This document shows positions 21,624 to 29,981 of a DNA stretch of 64,000 nt, one piece after another (within the stretch, counting starts at the first letter, position 1; each line of letters opens with the position of its first letter). The stretch is taken from assembly GCA_963705305.1 (NCBI GenBank), contig OY970067.1, forward strand, positions 2,528,001 through 2,592,000, read 5' to 3'. This DNA is from an uncultured Methylomirabilota bacterium (GTDB taxonomy: Bacteria; Methylomirabilota; Methylomirabilia; Methylomirabilales; 2-02-FULL-66-22). The notes beneath the pieces were generated by a model. That model saw nothing but the letters and a program-made list of their open reading frames with translations, was not told the DNA's origin and did no database searches. The position numbers were made by a program, and so were the translations under genes.

Positions 21624-22408
21624 GGGTGCTTCAGCTTTCCCGTGAAGTGGCACGAGCGGCAGTCCATCATGCCGCGACTGTCTTCGACGGCCCCCCCTTG
21701 GTCGTGACAGCCCCGACACGACTGCACCTGCGCGGCGAGAAGGTGGGCGGCCTTGAAGCTTCCTTCCATGTGGCTGTTCAAGAGCTCCACGCTGTATCGC
21801 GCCACGGATGCGGCCAGCCAGGCGCACCTGTCGGCCCGTTCCTTTGAGAAGGACTTGAAGCCGGTGGCCTTGCACCATCGGCTCACCGACACATGACACA
21901 GCGGGGAATGGGCGACGGAGGGTTTGATCTCGAATCTGGGATTCTTGGGCCGGTAGTCGGGAAGCTCCTCCTGCTCATACCAGTTGAAGAGCTCGTGGAT
22001 AAGGGCGTAGGCCTGCTGTTTCTTCTGCGGGTCCAGCCCGCCGGCCACCAGAAAAATTGCCATGGAGGCCCCGTTCAACGCTCCGCAAAGCGAGGCAATG
22101 CCCGCCACGCCCCCCTCCCCGAATACCATCATCTCCATGGGAAAGAGGGTATAGGGATGCCCCACCGCCTCGCGAAGCCCCCCGATGATCCCGTCAAATG
22201 CCGCGTAGCAGCACGCTCCCTTATAGTAGCCTGCATATCCCCGCTCTGCGGCGGCCTGGGGATCCAGTTTCTGGTAGGGCCACGGAAGGGTGGGGGAGGT
22301 CTCGGCGTCCTGGACGGCCCGGGCATTTCGGGCTGCGGCCGGGGTGAGGGCGATCGCCCCGGTGGCCATGGCCAGCATCTTCAGCACATCTCTCCGTTGA
22401 CCGTTCAT
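21620..22408 (-). CDS. Split-Soret cytochrome c-like protein (C-GCAxxG-C-C family), Tat signal, diheme
   Basis: QRRDVLK twin-Arg, GACCY, LCGALNG, LCHVSV..WC, RC, C-terminal CRGCH and CRSCH. Confidence 0.8.
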   Translation of the reverse strand: MNGQRRDVLKMLAMATGAIALTPAAARNARAVQDAETSPTLPWPYQKLDPQAAAERGYAGYYKGACCYAAFDGIIGGLREAVGHPYTLFPMEMMVFGEGGVAGIASLCGALNGASMAIFLVAGGLDPQKKQQAYALIHELFNWYEQEELPDYRPKNPRFEIKPSVAHSPLCHVSVSRWCKATGFKSFSKERADRCAWLAASVARYSVELLNSHMEGSFKAAHLLAAQVQSCRGCHDQGGAVEDSRGMMDCRSCHFTGKLKHP

Positions 22409-22604
22409 TTCTTTCTCCTTGCTGTGACTCGTTTTCCCCCACGATCTGCGAGGCCGGGATTCCGTTGCCGCCCGGGTTCGCCGCTGCAGTCCCTGACCTT
22501 CGCGTCCGGTCCGTCGCGGACCTGAACCCCATGTCCCGGAAGAATTGTCACCGGTGAGCCGACGAGATGCCGTCGAGGTGAGGTTCTGAAGTTCGGGGTG
22601 TGGG

Positions 22605-24443
22605 TCAGAACGCGCCGAACTCGCTGGGCAGCGGCTGCACCTCCTCCTGGTAGATCTTCTCCGATTTGGTTCCTTCGTTGTGGCACCCGCCGCAGTAGCC
22701 CAGGTCGGGGCGCTTGAGCGCCGGATCGGCCGCTCTTTTCACATGGCAGGGAATGCACATCTTGTGCATGGCGTCCCGGTAGCTGGGCGCCCACGGGCTG
22801 TCGAATGTCTTGACGACGGGATTGACCGCCATCATGTCCTTCCGATGGCACTCTTCGCAGGTTGTGGTCGCCGCCACCCGCAACGGCCTCTCTTCGCCGT
22901 GGCATTTGACGCAGGAGAGGTTTCCCTCAAGATCCGCCACGTGGGCCTCGTGATTGAAAATGTCGGTGGCGGTGTACATGGAGCGGTGGCACTCGCTGCA
23001 CGGCGTTCCAACGTCCCCCGCCTTGTGGAGGTGGTGGCAGAGTCCGCAGGCCTTTTCCCCTCCAAGGTCCTTCTGGTGCTGCGTGTGGTCGAAGTACACA
23101 TACTGGGGTGCGTCGCCCATCCTGAGGACGTCGCTGCCGCGGGCACGCTGCGCCGCCAGCTGGACGAACGGCTCAGTCTTGGGTGCCAGGGTCAGGCCCA
23201 GGCTCATGGGCAGCACGAACAGCATGGAGTACACCTTGGCGGCCTTTCGCCAGTCTTCGCCCAACCAGACCTGGGTGAAGGGGGCAAACCGGGGGAGGGC
23301 CTCTGCGGCGGCCTCGCGCTCCCGTTCGATCTTTCCCAGCGCCTCGGGGTCGACCGGGAAGTGCTCCTGAATGAAGAAGAACAGCAGGCCACAGGCGGAG
23401 ACGATGCCAATGCTGATGGCGAACTCCGGCCAGGCGGGAAAATAGAAAACGCGCGTCGCCCAGACTTGGCTCAGTCCTGACACATTGACCCGGTTCAGCA
23501 CGAAGCCCAGCACGGCGCAGCAGGAGACGAGCCAGACCCCCGGAGGGGACCGCCGCACGCCCGAAATGGCGTACAGCCCGATGGGGATGACCGCGGACAG
23601 GAGCATCTCGAGGATGAACAGGTTGCTCTCCCAGGTCCCCGCGGCGATCAGCCCCAGCTTGTGGTGGATCGTCAGATCCGTCATCTTGAAGGCGAGGTAA
23701 AAGAGAAGGGCCCAGGCGGAGACCTTGGCCAGCCCGCTCAGGACGGCCGGCTCGGGCGTTCGCCTGTAGACCCAGGAGATGGCGGAGTAGACGAAGATCA
23801 TCAGGTTGAGACCCATGCAGATCGAGGAGACAAAGAACAGCTCGGGCAGCAGGGGGCTGTACCAGAGCGGATGGACCCTGAAGGCCATGATGAGCAGGAG
23901 GGTGCCGAGGGTGGACTGGTGCAGGGTGGAGATCATGATGCCCAGGATCACGATGGGCAGCGACAGGGACGCCAGGAAGCGACGGACGCGCTGGAAGGGC
24001 GTGCGCTCGAGAATCACGGGCGCCACCTCGAGGGTGAGCACCGTGAGGTACAGCATGACGCACCACGAGATCTCGAAGAGGGGGGAGTGGATGTTCCAGT
24101 ACAGGATGGGGTGCCAAATATGCCACGGGAGCCCCAACTCGAAGAGGAGCCCGGTGGCCGCAGCACCGTACCCCAGAAAGCCCGTCAGGATGGCATACCG
24201 CGCCACGACGTGGTATTTCTCGCGGTGGAAGATATGCACCACCGCGGCCACGGTGAACGCCACGGCCGAGAGGGCGATGACGCCCATCTCGTTGAAGCCG
24301 ACCCACAGCCCCCAGGGGGTCGTGTCGGAGAGGGCGGTGGAGACGCCCAGGCCCATGGTGAACCGGTTGATGGCCGCGGCGGCCCCCAGGCCGGCGAGGA
24401 ACCAGAGGACTCCCTTGAACGCGAAGATCCGGCTATGGCTCAT
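22605..24443 (-). CDS. NrfD/HybB/HmcC-family membrane protein fused to hexaheme class III cytochrome c
   Basis: PWGLW, SPLFE, STLHQSTLG, HPLWYSP; C-terminal FDH..H and six CXXCH motifs. Confidence 0.85.
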   Translation of the reverse strand: MSHSRIFAFKGVLWFLAGLGAAAAINRFTMGLGVSTALSDTTPWGLWVGFNEMGVIALSAVAFTVAAVVHIFHREKYHVVARYAILTGFLGYGAAATGLLFELGLPWHIWHPILYWNIHSPLFEISWCVMLYLTVLTLEVAPVILERTPFQRVRRFLASLSLPIVILGIMISTLHQSTLGTLLLIMAFRVHPLWYSPLLPELFFVSSICMGLNLMIFVYSAISWVYRRTPEPAVLSGLAKVSAWALLFYLAFKMTDLTIHHKLGLIAAGTWESNLFILEMLLSAVIPIGLYAISGVRRSPPGVWLVSCCAVLGFVLNRVNVSGLSQVWATRVFYFPAWPEFAISIGIVSACGLLFFFIQEHFPVDPEALGKIEREREAAAEALPRFAPFTQVWLGEDWRKAAKVYSMLFVLPMSLGLTLAPKTEPFVQLAAQRARGSDVLRMGDAPQYVYFDHTQHQKDLGGEKACGLCHHLHKAGDVGTPCSECHRSMYTATDIFNHEAHVADLEGNLSCVKCHGEERPLRVAATTTCEECHRKDMMAVNPVVKTFDSPWAPSYRDAMHKMCIPCHVKRAADPALKRPDLGYCGGCHNEGTKSEKIYQEEVQPLPSEFGAF

Positions 24444-25251
24444 GCTCGGTCTCGTGTGTGTCCGCCGTGCCGCCCGAGTTGGGCTGCTCTCCCCCTGCCA
24501 GCTTCTGTCGTCGCTCGATGATCCAGCACAAGGCGCCTACCAGGACACCCATACCCACAAACTCCGCCGGCACCAACTTGAGCGCCTCCCATGTCTTCTC
24601 CGGCAGCGGCTCGTCGTCGAGGTACCGGCTGTCCTGCCAGCCTAGGAAATCGAGGGAGATATCGGAGACGTAGAGCACGGAGGTCCCGCCCACCTGCTTT
24701 TCCCCCCAGACGCGCTGAAGGTACTTTGTGGGCTCTGCGGCGAGGCGCCGCTTGGCCTCCCGCAGCATATCGGCGCGGGAGCCGAAGATGCTGGCTTTCG
24801 TCGGGCACACGGTCACGCAGGCCGGCGCCGGAACCTTGCCCGCCAGCAGGGACGGATAACACAGAATGCATTTCCGGACGGACGGGGACAAGGAAGTCCA
24901 CTGGTAGTGGGGGATCCCGTACGGGCATGCCAGCATGCAATACCGGCAGCCCATGCAGAGGCTCTTGTCGTAAATCACCGGCCCCGTAGAGGTCTTCTGG
25001 AGTGCCCCCACCGGGCAGACCGAGACACACGCCGGGTGGAGGCAGTGGCGGCAGTGCTTGCGCACGAAGTGATTGGCCGGCCGCCGAATGATCGATGTCC
25101 AGCGGGTGGCGGAGAGCCCATCCGCCGTTGCCCCCTTCCGCGGCGGGACGTCCGCCTCCGGCAGGCCGTTGATCTTCTTGCAGGCCGTCACGCACTCCTC
25201 GCAGCCGATGCACTTGGTGACATCGGTCAGGATGGCGGGGGTCTCGATCAT
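24433..25251 (-). CDS. HybA/HmcB-like 4x[4Fe-4S] protein with C-terminal membrane anchor
   Basis: CIGCEECVTAC, CRHCLHPACVSVCP, CMGCRYCMLACP, KCILC..PACVTVCP, VGGTSVLY. Confidence 0.88.
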   Translation of the reverse strand: MIETPAILTDVTKCIGCEECVTACKKINGLPEADVPPRKGATADGLSATRWTSIIRRPANHFVRKHCRHCLHPACVSVCPVGALQKTSTGPVIYDKSLCMGCRYCMLACPYGIPHYQWTSLSPSVRKCILCYPSLLAGKVPAPACVTVCPTKASIFGSRADMLREAKRRLAAEPTKYLQRVWGEKQVGGTSVLYVSDISLDFLGWQDSRYLDDEPLPEKTWEALKLVPAEFVGMGVLVGALCWIIERRQKLAGGEQPNSGGTADTHETEHEP

Positions 25252-25952
25252 ACGGGCTCGCCCTCCTTTCCCAGGGCGATCCGCACCCTGTCCCCGGCCC
25301 CGGGGACGAAATGCCAGCCCAGCTCCCAGGAGAGCCTGGTGAACGGGAACAGGACCACGTGCGCCAGCTTGGTGAAGGGCGTGAGAATCATCAGCAGCTC
25401 GGCACTCAACAGGTGCACGAGGTACATGAGGCGGAAGGGGAGTGGATTCAGGGCGGGATGAGCCACCCAGTATCCCGACGCGAACGGCACCAGGCACAGG
25501 ATCAGCAGGAACCAGTCCTGGAAGGTGCTCAGGACGCGAGATCCCCGGTTCGCCAGCCGAAGAGCCAGCAGCGCCAGCAAGGCGGCCACCGTCGTCCAGG
25601 TGAGGACATCGGCGGGAAGGCCGCCCAACGACGGCCACGCCAGCCCGATGCCTTGCCGGATGAGGCGGACGTGGCCCGCGAGGAAGACGGGCAGCAGGAT
25701 GATGCCCAGGTGAAATACCAACGAGGCCAGCGTGTACGGAATCCGGGTCCCGCGCAGGGCGTTGACGGGGATGATCCAGCCCCAGCCCTGCCGGAGGAGG
25801 AGCCGGTACGGGATGGCCTGGTCGCCGGCCTTCCGGTAGGCCCGCACCAGCTCCGCGATGGTCAGGCCGAGCTGCCGGGCCAGGCCTGCGAACAGCACCA
25901 TGAATGAAAGATACAGCAGCGGCCCTCTGGCGAACCACATGAGCGAGTCCAT
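25248..25952 (-). CDS. NarI/HmcE/TmcC-like cytochrome b
   Basis: ARGPL, FHLG..LAGH, LVHLLS..PFTKLAH heme b His pairs. Confidence 0.8.
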   Translation of the reverse strand: MDSLMWFARGPLLYLSFMVLFAGLARQLGLTIAELVRAYRKAGDQAIPYRLLLRQGWGWIIPVNALRGTRIPYTLASLVFHLGIILLPVFLAGHVRLIRQGIGLAWPSLGGLPADVLTWTTVAALLALLALRLANRGSRVLSTFQDWFLLILCLVPFASGYWVAHPALNPLPFRLMYLVHLLSAELLMILTPFTKLAHVVLFPFTRLSWELGWHFVPGAGDRVRIALGKEGEPV

Positions 25953-25969
25953 GCGCCTGCTCCGAACAC

Positions 25970-26130
25970 CTAGCAGGCCGCTGAAAAAAGGCCCATCTGC
26001 GGCGTTGGCCCGCTCGGACACTCGCTGCGGCGTACCGGAAGTACGCCTCACTCGGCCCTTTGCGGGCCGCCTAGCATCTGGGCCCTTTTGAGCAGCCTGC
26101 CGCAAAGTGAGTTCTTCAGCATCCTGCTAG
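25970..26130. mobile_element. ~153 bp non-autonomous MITE-like element with terminal inverted repeats, flanked by CTAG
   Basis: CTAG-CAGGCCGCTGAAAAA...TTCTTCAGCATCCTG-CTAG; internal inverted repeat GGCCCTTTTGAGCAGCCTG. Confidence 0.7.
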
Positions 26131-27578
26131 AGAACGAGGGCTTTGTAGATCAGATCATGGAGGCCCACCACCTGGACCCCGTCCAGTCCGTGGTCCTCGC
26201 AGACCTCCCGCAGCTGCTTCTTGCAGTTGGCGCAGGGCGCCACTACGAGTTGAGCGCCGGTTGCCCGGATCTGGTCGGCCTTCAGCTTGCCCGTGACCTT
26301 GGTCCGGTACGGGCGGATCTCGTCCACGGAGACGGTCCCGCCGCCCCCGCCGCAGCAGAAGTTCTTGGGGCCGCGGGGCTCCATATCCACGTAGTCCCGG
26401 CAGCAGGTCTTCAGGATGCGCCGGGGCTGGTCCACGATCCACCCCGTCCTGGCGATGTTGCAGGGGTCGTGGTAGGTGACCCGCTCTCGGATGGCGCCGG
26501 GGTCCAGCCGGATCTTTCCCGACTCGAGCGCCTGGAGCGTGTATTCCATGATGTTCGTCACGGGCAGGGCGCCCCGGCCGCCGCCGAACGTGGGGACAAA
26601 GAGCTTTGCGCTGCGCGAGGCATGCCCACACTCGCCGATGAGGATGGACCTGCCGCGCAGGCGCGTCGTTTCGGCAATGAGCTTCTGGACGATCCGTTCG
26701 GCGCACCAGTCGCTGTAGAATAGACCGTAGTTGATGCCGTCGTAGTACCCCGTGCCGATGGTCCAGCGGTCGGATTCTCCCGCTGCGTGGAACGTGAGCG
26801 CGATCCCCTTGAGGACGTCGGGCTCGAGGAGAAAATCGCTCACCGCGGGGAAGAACACGAAGTCCCGCCCTTCCTGATCGGTGGGGAAGGACACCTCCAG
26901 GCCCTTCTCCTCCTTGATCTCGTCCGCCAGGAATTCCAGCGTATCCAGCAGGGCGGGAACCGGGATGCCGGAGGTGTTTCCGGCCTCCCCTTCCAGCTGC
27001 TCGCGCGAGGCGACCACCAGGGCCTTGGGCACCACGTCCATCTCGCTCAGGATGTAGCGCGACAGGTGGGTGACCAGCCCGTGATCGATCCCCATGGGGC
27101 ACTCGAAGGAGCAGCGCCGACAGCCGGTGCAATGATAGACTGACTCGGCCAGCTCCCGGATGCGCTCGTCCGTCAGGTAGATCGTGCCTGCCAGCTTGCT
27201 CTGGAGGAGGCCGCGCAGGGTGAAGTGGCGGCGGTAGACCTCCAGGAGAAGCTCGGTCCGGTAGCAGGGGATGTCCTTGGGGTCCCGGGTGGCCAGGTAG
27301 ATCTGGCATGCCGCGGCGCAGTGGGCGCAGCGGGCACCCACCCGCGCGTAGGTGTCGATCAGCTGGGCGTAGTTGCTGTGCTGGAGGACTGCGGCGAAGA
27401 TTTCGAGAAAACGCTTGACCCGGTCGCCCGAATAGAGGCGCTCCATGTAGTAGCTGAGGCCCAGCACCTGGTGGGGCCGGGGCGCCGGGACGGCCTTCCC
27501 GGCGGCGGCCGGCGCGGCAACGCCTCCCGTCCCCTTCGCGCTTCCGTCGCCATCCCTCGAACGTTCCGCCTGCGGCAT
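26127..27578 (-). CDS. DsrK/HmcF/TmcB-like (Fe-S)-binding CCG protein (second DsrK paralogue)
   Basis: CTGCRRCSFECP, GECGH, YHDPC..FCCGGGGG..PCANC; start could be 27629. Confidence 0.85.
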   Translation of the reverse strand: MPQAERSRDGDGSAKGTGGVAAPAAAGKAVPAPRPHQVLGLSYYMERLYSGDRVKRFLEIFAAVLQHSNYAQLIDTYARVGARCAHCAAACQIYLATRDPKDIPCYRTELLLEVYRRHFTLRGLLQSKLAGTIYLTDERIRELAESVYHCTGCRRCSFECPMGIDHGLVTHLSRYILSEMDVVPKALVVASREQLEGEAGNTSGIPVPALLDTLEFLADEIKEEKGLEVSFPTDQEGRDFVFFPAVSDFLLEPDVLKGIALTFHAAGESDRWTIGTGYYDGINYGLFYSDWCAERIVQKLIAETTRLRGRSILIGECGHASRSAKLFVPTFGGGRGALPVTNIMEYTLQALESGKIRLDPGAIRERVTYHDPCNIARTGWIVDQPRRILKTCCRDYVDMEPRGPKNFCCGGGGGTVSVDEIRPYRTKVTGKLKADQIRATGAQLVVAPCANCKKQLREVCEDHGLDGVQVVGLHDLIYKALVL

Positions 27579-27645
27579 CTCGTCTTCCTGCGGACGCCGC
27601 AGCCGGCGTGGCGTCCGCCCTGCATCCATCGATTCCCGAAGACCC

Positions 27646-28812
27646 CTACGACTCGGCCAGCTCCTCCCGGACGGACAGGCTGATCTTGTAGAAGATCGTG
27701 ATCATCGCGCAGCCCACGGCCCAGATAGCCAAGGTGATCGCCACCTCCGGAACCGTGGGGACGTAGCGGGTCACCTGGCTCAGCGGCGAAGGGGTGAACC
27801 CGCCCACGATCAGGTCGAGGCCCTTATCGATCCACAGCGACACGAAGACCATGGCGGCGGCCGTCGCAAGACACCGCTCGTTCTTCCGGTAGCGCGGGGT
27901 GATGAGCAGGATCAGCGAAGCTGCGGCCAGGATCACCGAGGCCCAGCTCCAGGGCACCAGCGCACTCTCCCCCTGCAGCCCCAGGTACAGGAATTCGAAG
28001 TGCGCCATGTCTTCCGGAATATGGCTGTAGAAAACGGTGAAGACCTCCATGAGGATGAAGAACGTGTTGATGATCATGGCGTAGGTCACGATGAGCCCCA
28101 GCCCCTGGATGGCCTCTCGGCCGGCGTCGAATCGTGTCAGCCTGCGGATGGCCAACGCCAGCAGGATGAGCAGGGAAGGTCCCGAGGCAAAGGCGGAGGC
28201 CAGAAAGCGGGGGGCCAGAAGCGCCGTCAGCCAGAAGCTGCGTCCCGGCAATCCGCTGTATAGAAACGCCGTGACGGTGTGGATGCTGATCGCCCACGGG
28301 ATGGACAGGACGATGACAAACTTGACCCATCGCGGGGGGACGACGCCCCCCGCCTCGGCGCGCAGGCTCGCCAGAGAGATCGCCACGTTGAGCAGGAGGT
28401 ACCCGCCCAGCGAGATCATGTCCCAGAACATGATGGAGTTGGGTGTGGGGTAGAGCAGGACATTCAGCAGTCGCATGGGCTGGCCCATGTCGACGAAGAT
28501 GAAGAGCATGCACATACTGACGGCGGAGATGGCCAAGAACTCTCCCAGGATGGTGATCTTGCCAAAGGCCTTGTAATTGTGAAGGTAGTAGGGGAGAACG
28601 ACCATGACCGCCGAGGCCGCCACCCCCACGAAGAAGGTGAACTGGGCGATGTACAGGCCCCAGCTCACGTCCCGGCTCATTCCCGTGATGCCCAGACCGA
28701 TCTGGAGCTGCCGCAGGTAGCACAGGAAGCCCATGAGGATAATGACCGCCAGGATCCCCAACCAGGTCCAGTACCTGCGGCTGCCGGTCACCGCCCGCTC
28801 GAACATAAACAT
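27646..28812 (-). CDS. dsrP: DsrP (NrfD family)
   Basis: TGMSRDVSWGLYI, VGVAASAV, WAISIHTVTAF; follows dsrO. Confidence 0.9.
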   Translation of the reverse strand: MFMFERAVTGSRRYWTWLGILAVIILMGFLCYLRQLQIGLGITGMSRDVSWGLYIAQFTFFVGVAASAVMVVLPYYLHNYKAFGKITILGEFLAISAVSMCMLFIFVDMGQPMRLLNVLLYPTPNSIMFWDMISLGGYLLLNVAISLASLRAEAGGVVPPRWVKFVIVLSIPWAISIHTVTAFLYSGLPGRSFWLTALLAPRFLASAFASGPSLLILLALAIRRLTRFDAGREAIQGLGLIVTYAMIINTFFILMEVFTVFYSHIPEDMAHFEFLYLGLQGESALVPWSWASVILAAASLILLITPRYRKNERCLATAAAMVFVSLWIDKGLDLIVGGFTPSPLSQVTRYVPTVPEVAITLAIWAVGCAMITIFYKISLSVREELAES

Positions 28813-28821
28813 GGAAACACC

Positions 28822-29589
28822 CTACACGAGGTAATAGAGCGCCGGCTGCGTCCCCAGCTCGGGCCTCCGCCGGATGGCGTACCGGGCGCGCAGGATCTCG
28901 CGCGCATCCGAGGCAGGGTCCGCCAAATTCCCGAAGACCAGGGCCTTCTCCTTGCACGCGTCCACGCAGGCCGGCCGCTCGCCTTTGGCCAGCCGCTCCT
29001 CACAGAAATTGCACTTTTCCACGACGCCCTTGGTGCGTGTGGGGAAGCCCAGGTTGAGCGCTGTGATATGGGGTCGTGGGTCTAGCCAGTTGAAGCTGCG
29101 CGAGCCGTAAGGACAGGCGGCCATGCAGTACCGGCAGCCGATGCAGCGGTGCCAGTCCATCATGACAATCCCGTCCTGTCGTCTCCAGGTGGCCTGCGTC
29201 GGGCAGACCCGGACGCAGGGGGGATTGTCGCAGTGATTGCAGAAGAGCAGAACGGGCTGGCCTCGCAGGGCCGCCGCCGTGTACGGGTCATCCCGGTCGG
29301 GGAACACGTCCTCGAAGGGCTCTTTCCAGATCCACTTGACCTCGTGGGCATGGTCGGCGAAGTGGGGAATGTTGTGGGCCCGGTCGCAGGCGGCGATGCA
29401 GTCGGTACAACCCCGGTCCTTCAGGCACTTCAGCGGGTCGATCACCATACCCCAGCGGGTGGCCGGCCGGGCGGCGGGCCCGGCCTCGGGCTGGGCCGCG
29501 GCAGCCAGCCGATCGAGAGAGAACCTCCCGGCGACCGCCAGCGCGGAGAGCCCTGCCGCGCCCAGGAACGCCCTCCTGTCCATGCTCAT
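28822..29589 (-). CDS. dsrO: DsrO, Tat-exported FeS protein
   Basis: DRRAFL, CNHCDNPPCVRVCP, CIGCRYCMAACPYG, KGVVEKCNFC. Confidence 0.92.
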   Translation of the reverse strand: MSMDRRAFLGAAGLSALAVAGRFSLDRLAAAAQPEAGPAARPATRWGMVIDPLKCLKDRGCTDCIAACDRAHNIPHFADHAHEVKWIWKEPFEDVFPDRDDPYTAAALRGQPVLLFCNHCDNPPCVRVCPTQATWRRQDGIVMMDWHRCIGCRYCMAACPYGSRSFNWLDPRPHITALNLGFPTRTKGVVEKCNFCEERLAKGERPACVDACKEKALVFGNLADPASDAREILRARYAIRRRPELGTQPALYYLV

Positions 29590-29981
29590 GCGCTGCCCCC
29601 CTGGACGAGCTTGGGGTCGATATGGCACTCCCAGCAGGTGGGTGTGACGCCCGCGTAGCCGTGGCAGCGGTCGCAAAAATCGGCCTTGCTGGCGTGGCAC
29701 TTCAGACAGGTCTGGCTGAGACCGATGGTGTAGGTCTTGCCGTCGAAGGCCGTGAAGGTCCGCTGGTCTTGCCGAACCACCTGATCCCGCCAGGTCATCA
29801 AGAGTTTCATGTGGGAGGTGCGCATGTATTCGACCGGCGCCACGCAGTCCTTCTCCTGGACGGGCAACTTGGGCTCGGGGCCCTTGGGGGTCGTGCCCGC
29901 GGCCAGGTTGTACCAGACGGGAGCGGTGAGAACGACCAAGAAGAGGACGAGTCCCCCCAGGATCCTGCCCCGATCAGACAT
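29586..29981 (-). CDS. dsrJ: DsrJ triheme cytochrome c
   Basis: MRTSHM..WRD, CLKCH, CDRCH, CWECH. Confidence 0.92.
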   Translation of the reverse strand: MSDRGRILGGLVLFLVVLTAPVWYNLAAGTTPKGPEPKLPVQEKDCVAPVEYMRTSHMKLLMTWRDQVVRQDQRTFTAFDGKTYTIGLSQTCLKCHASKADFCDRCHGYAGVTPTCWECHIDPKLVQGGSA

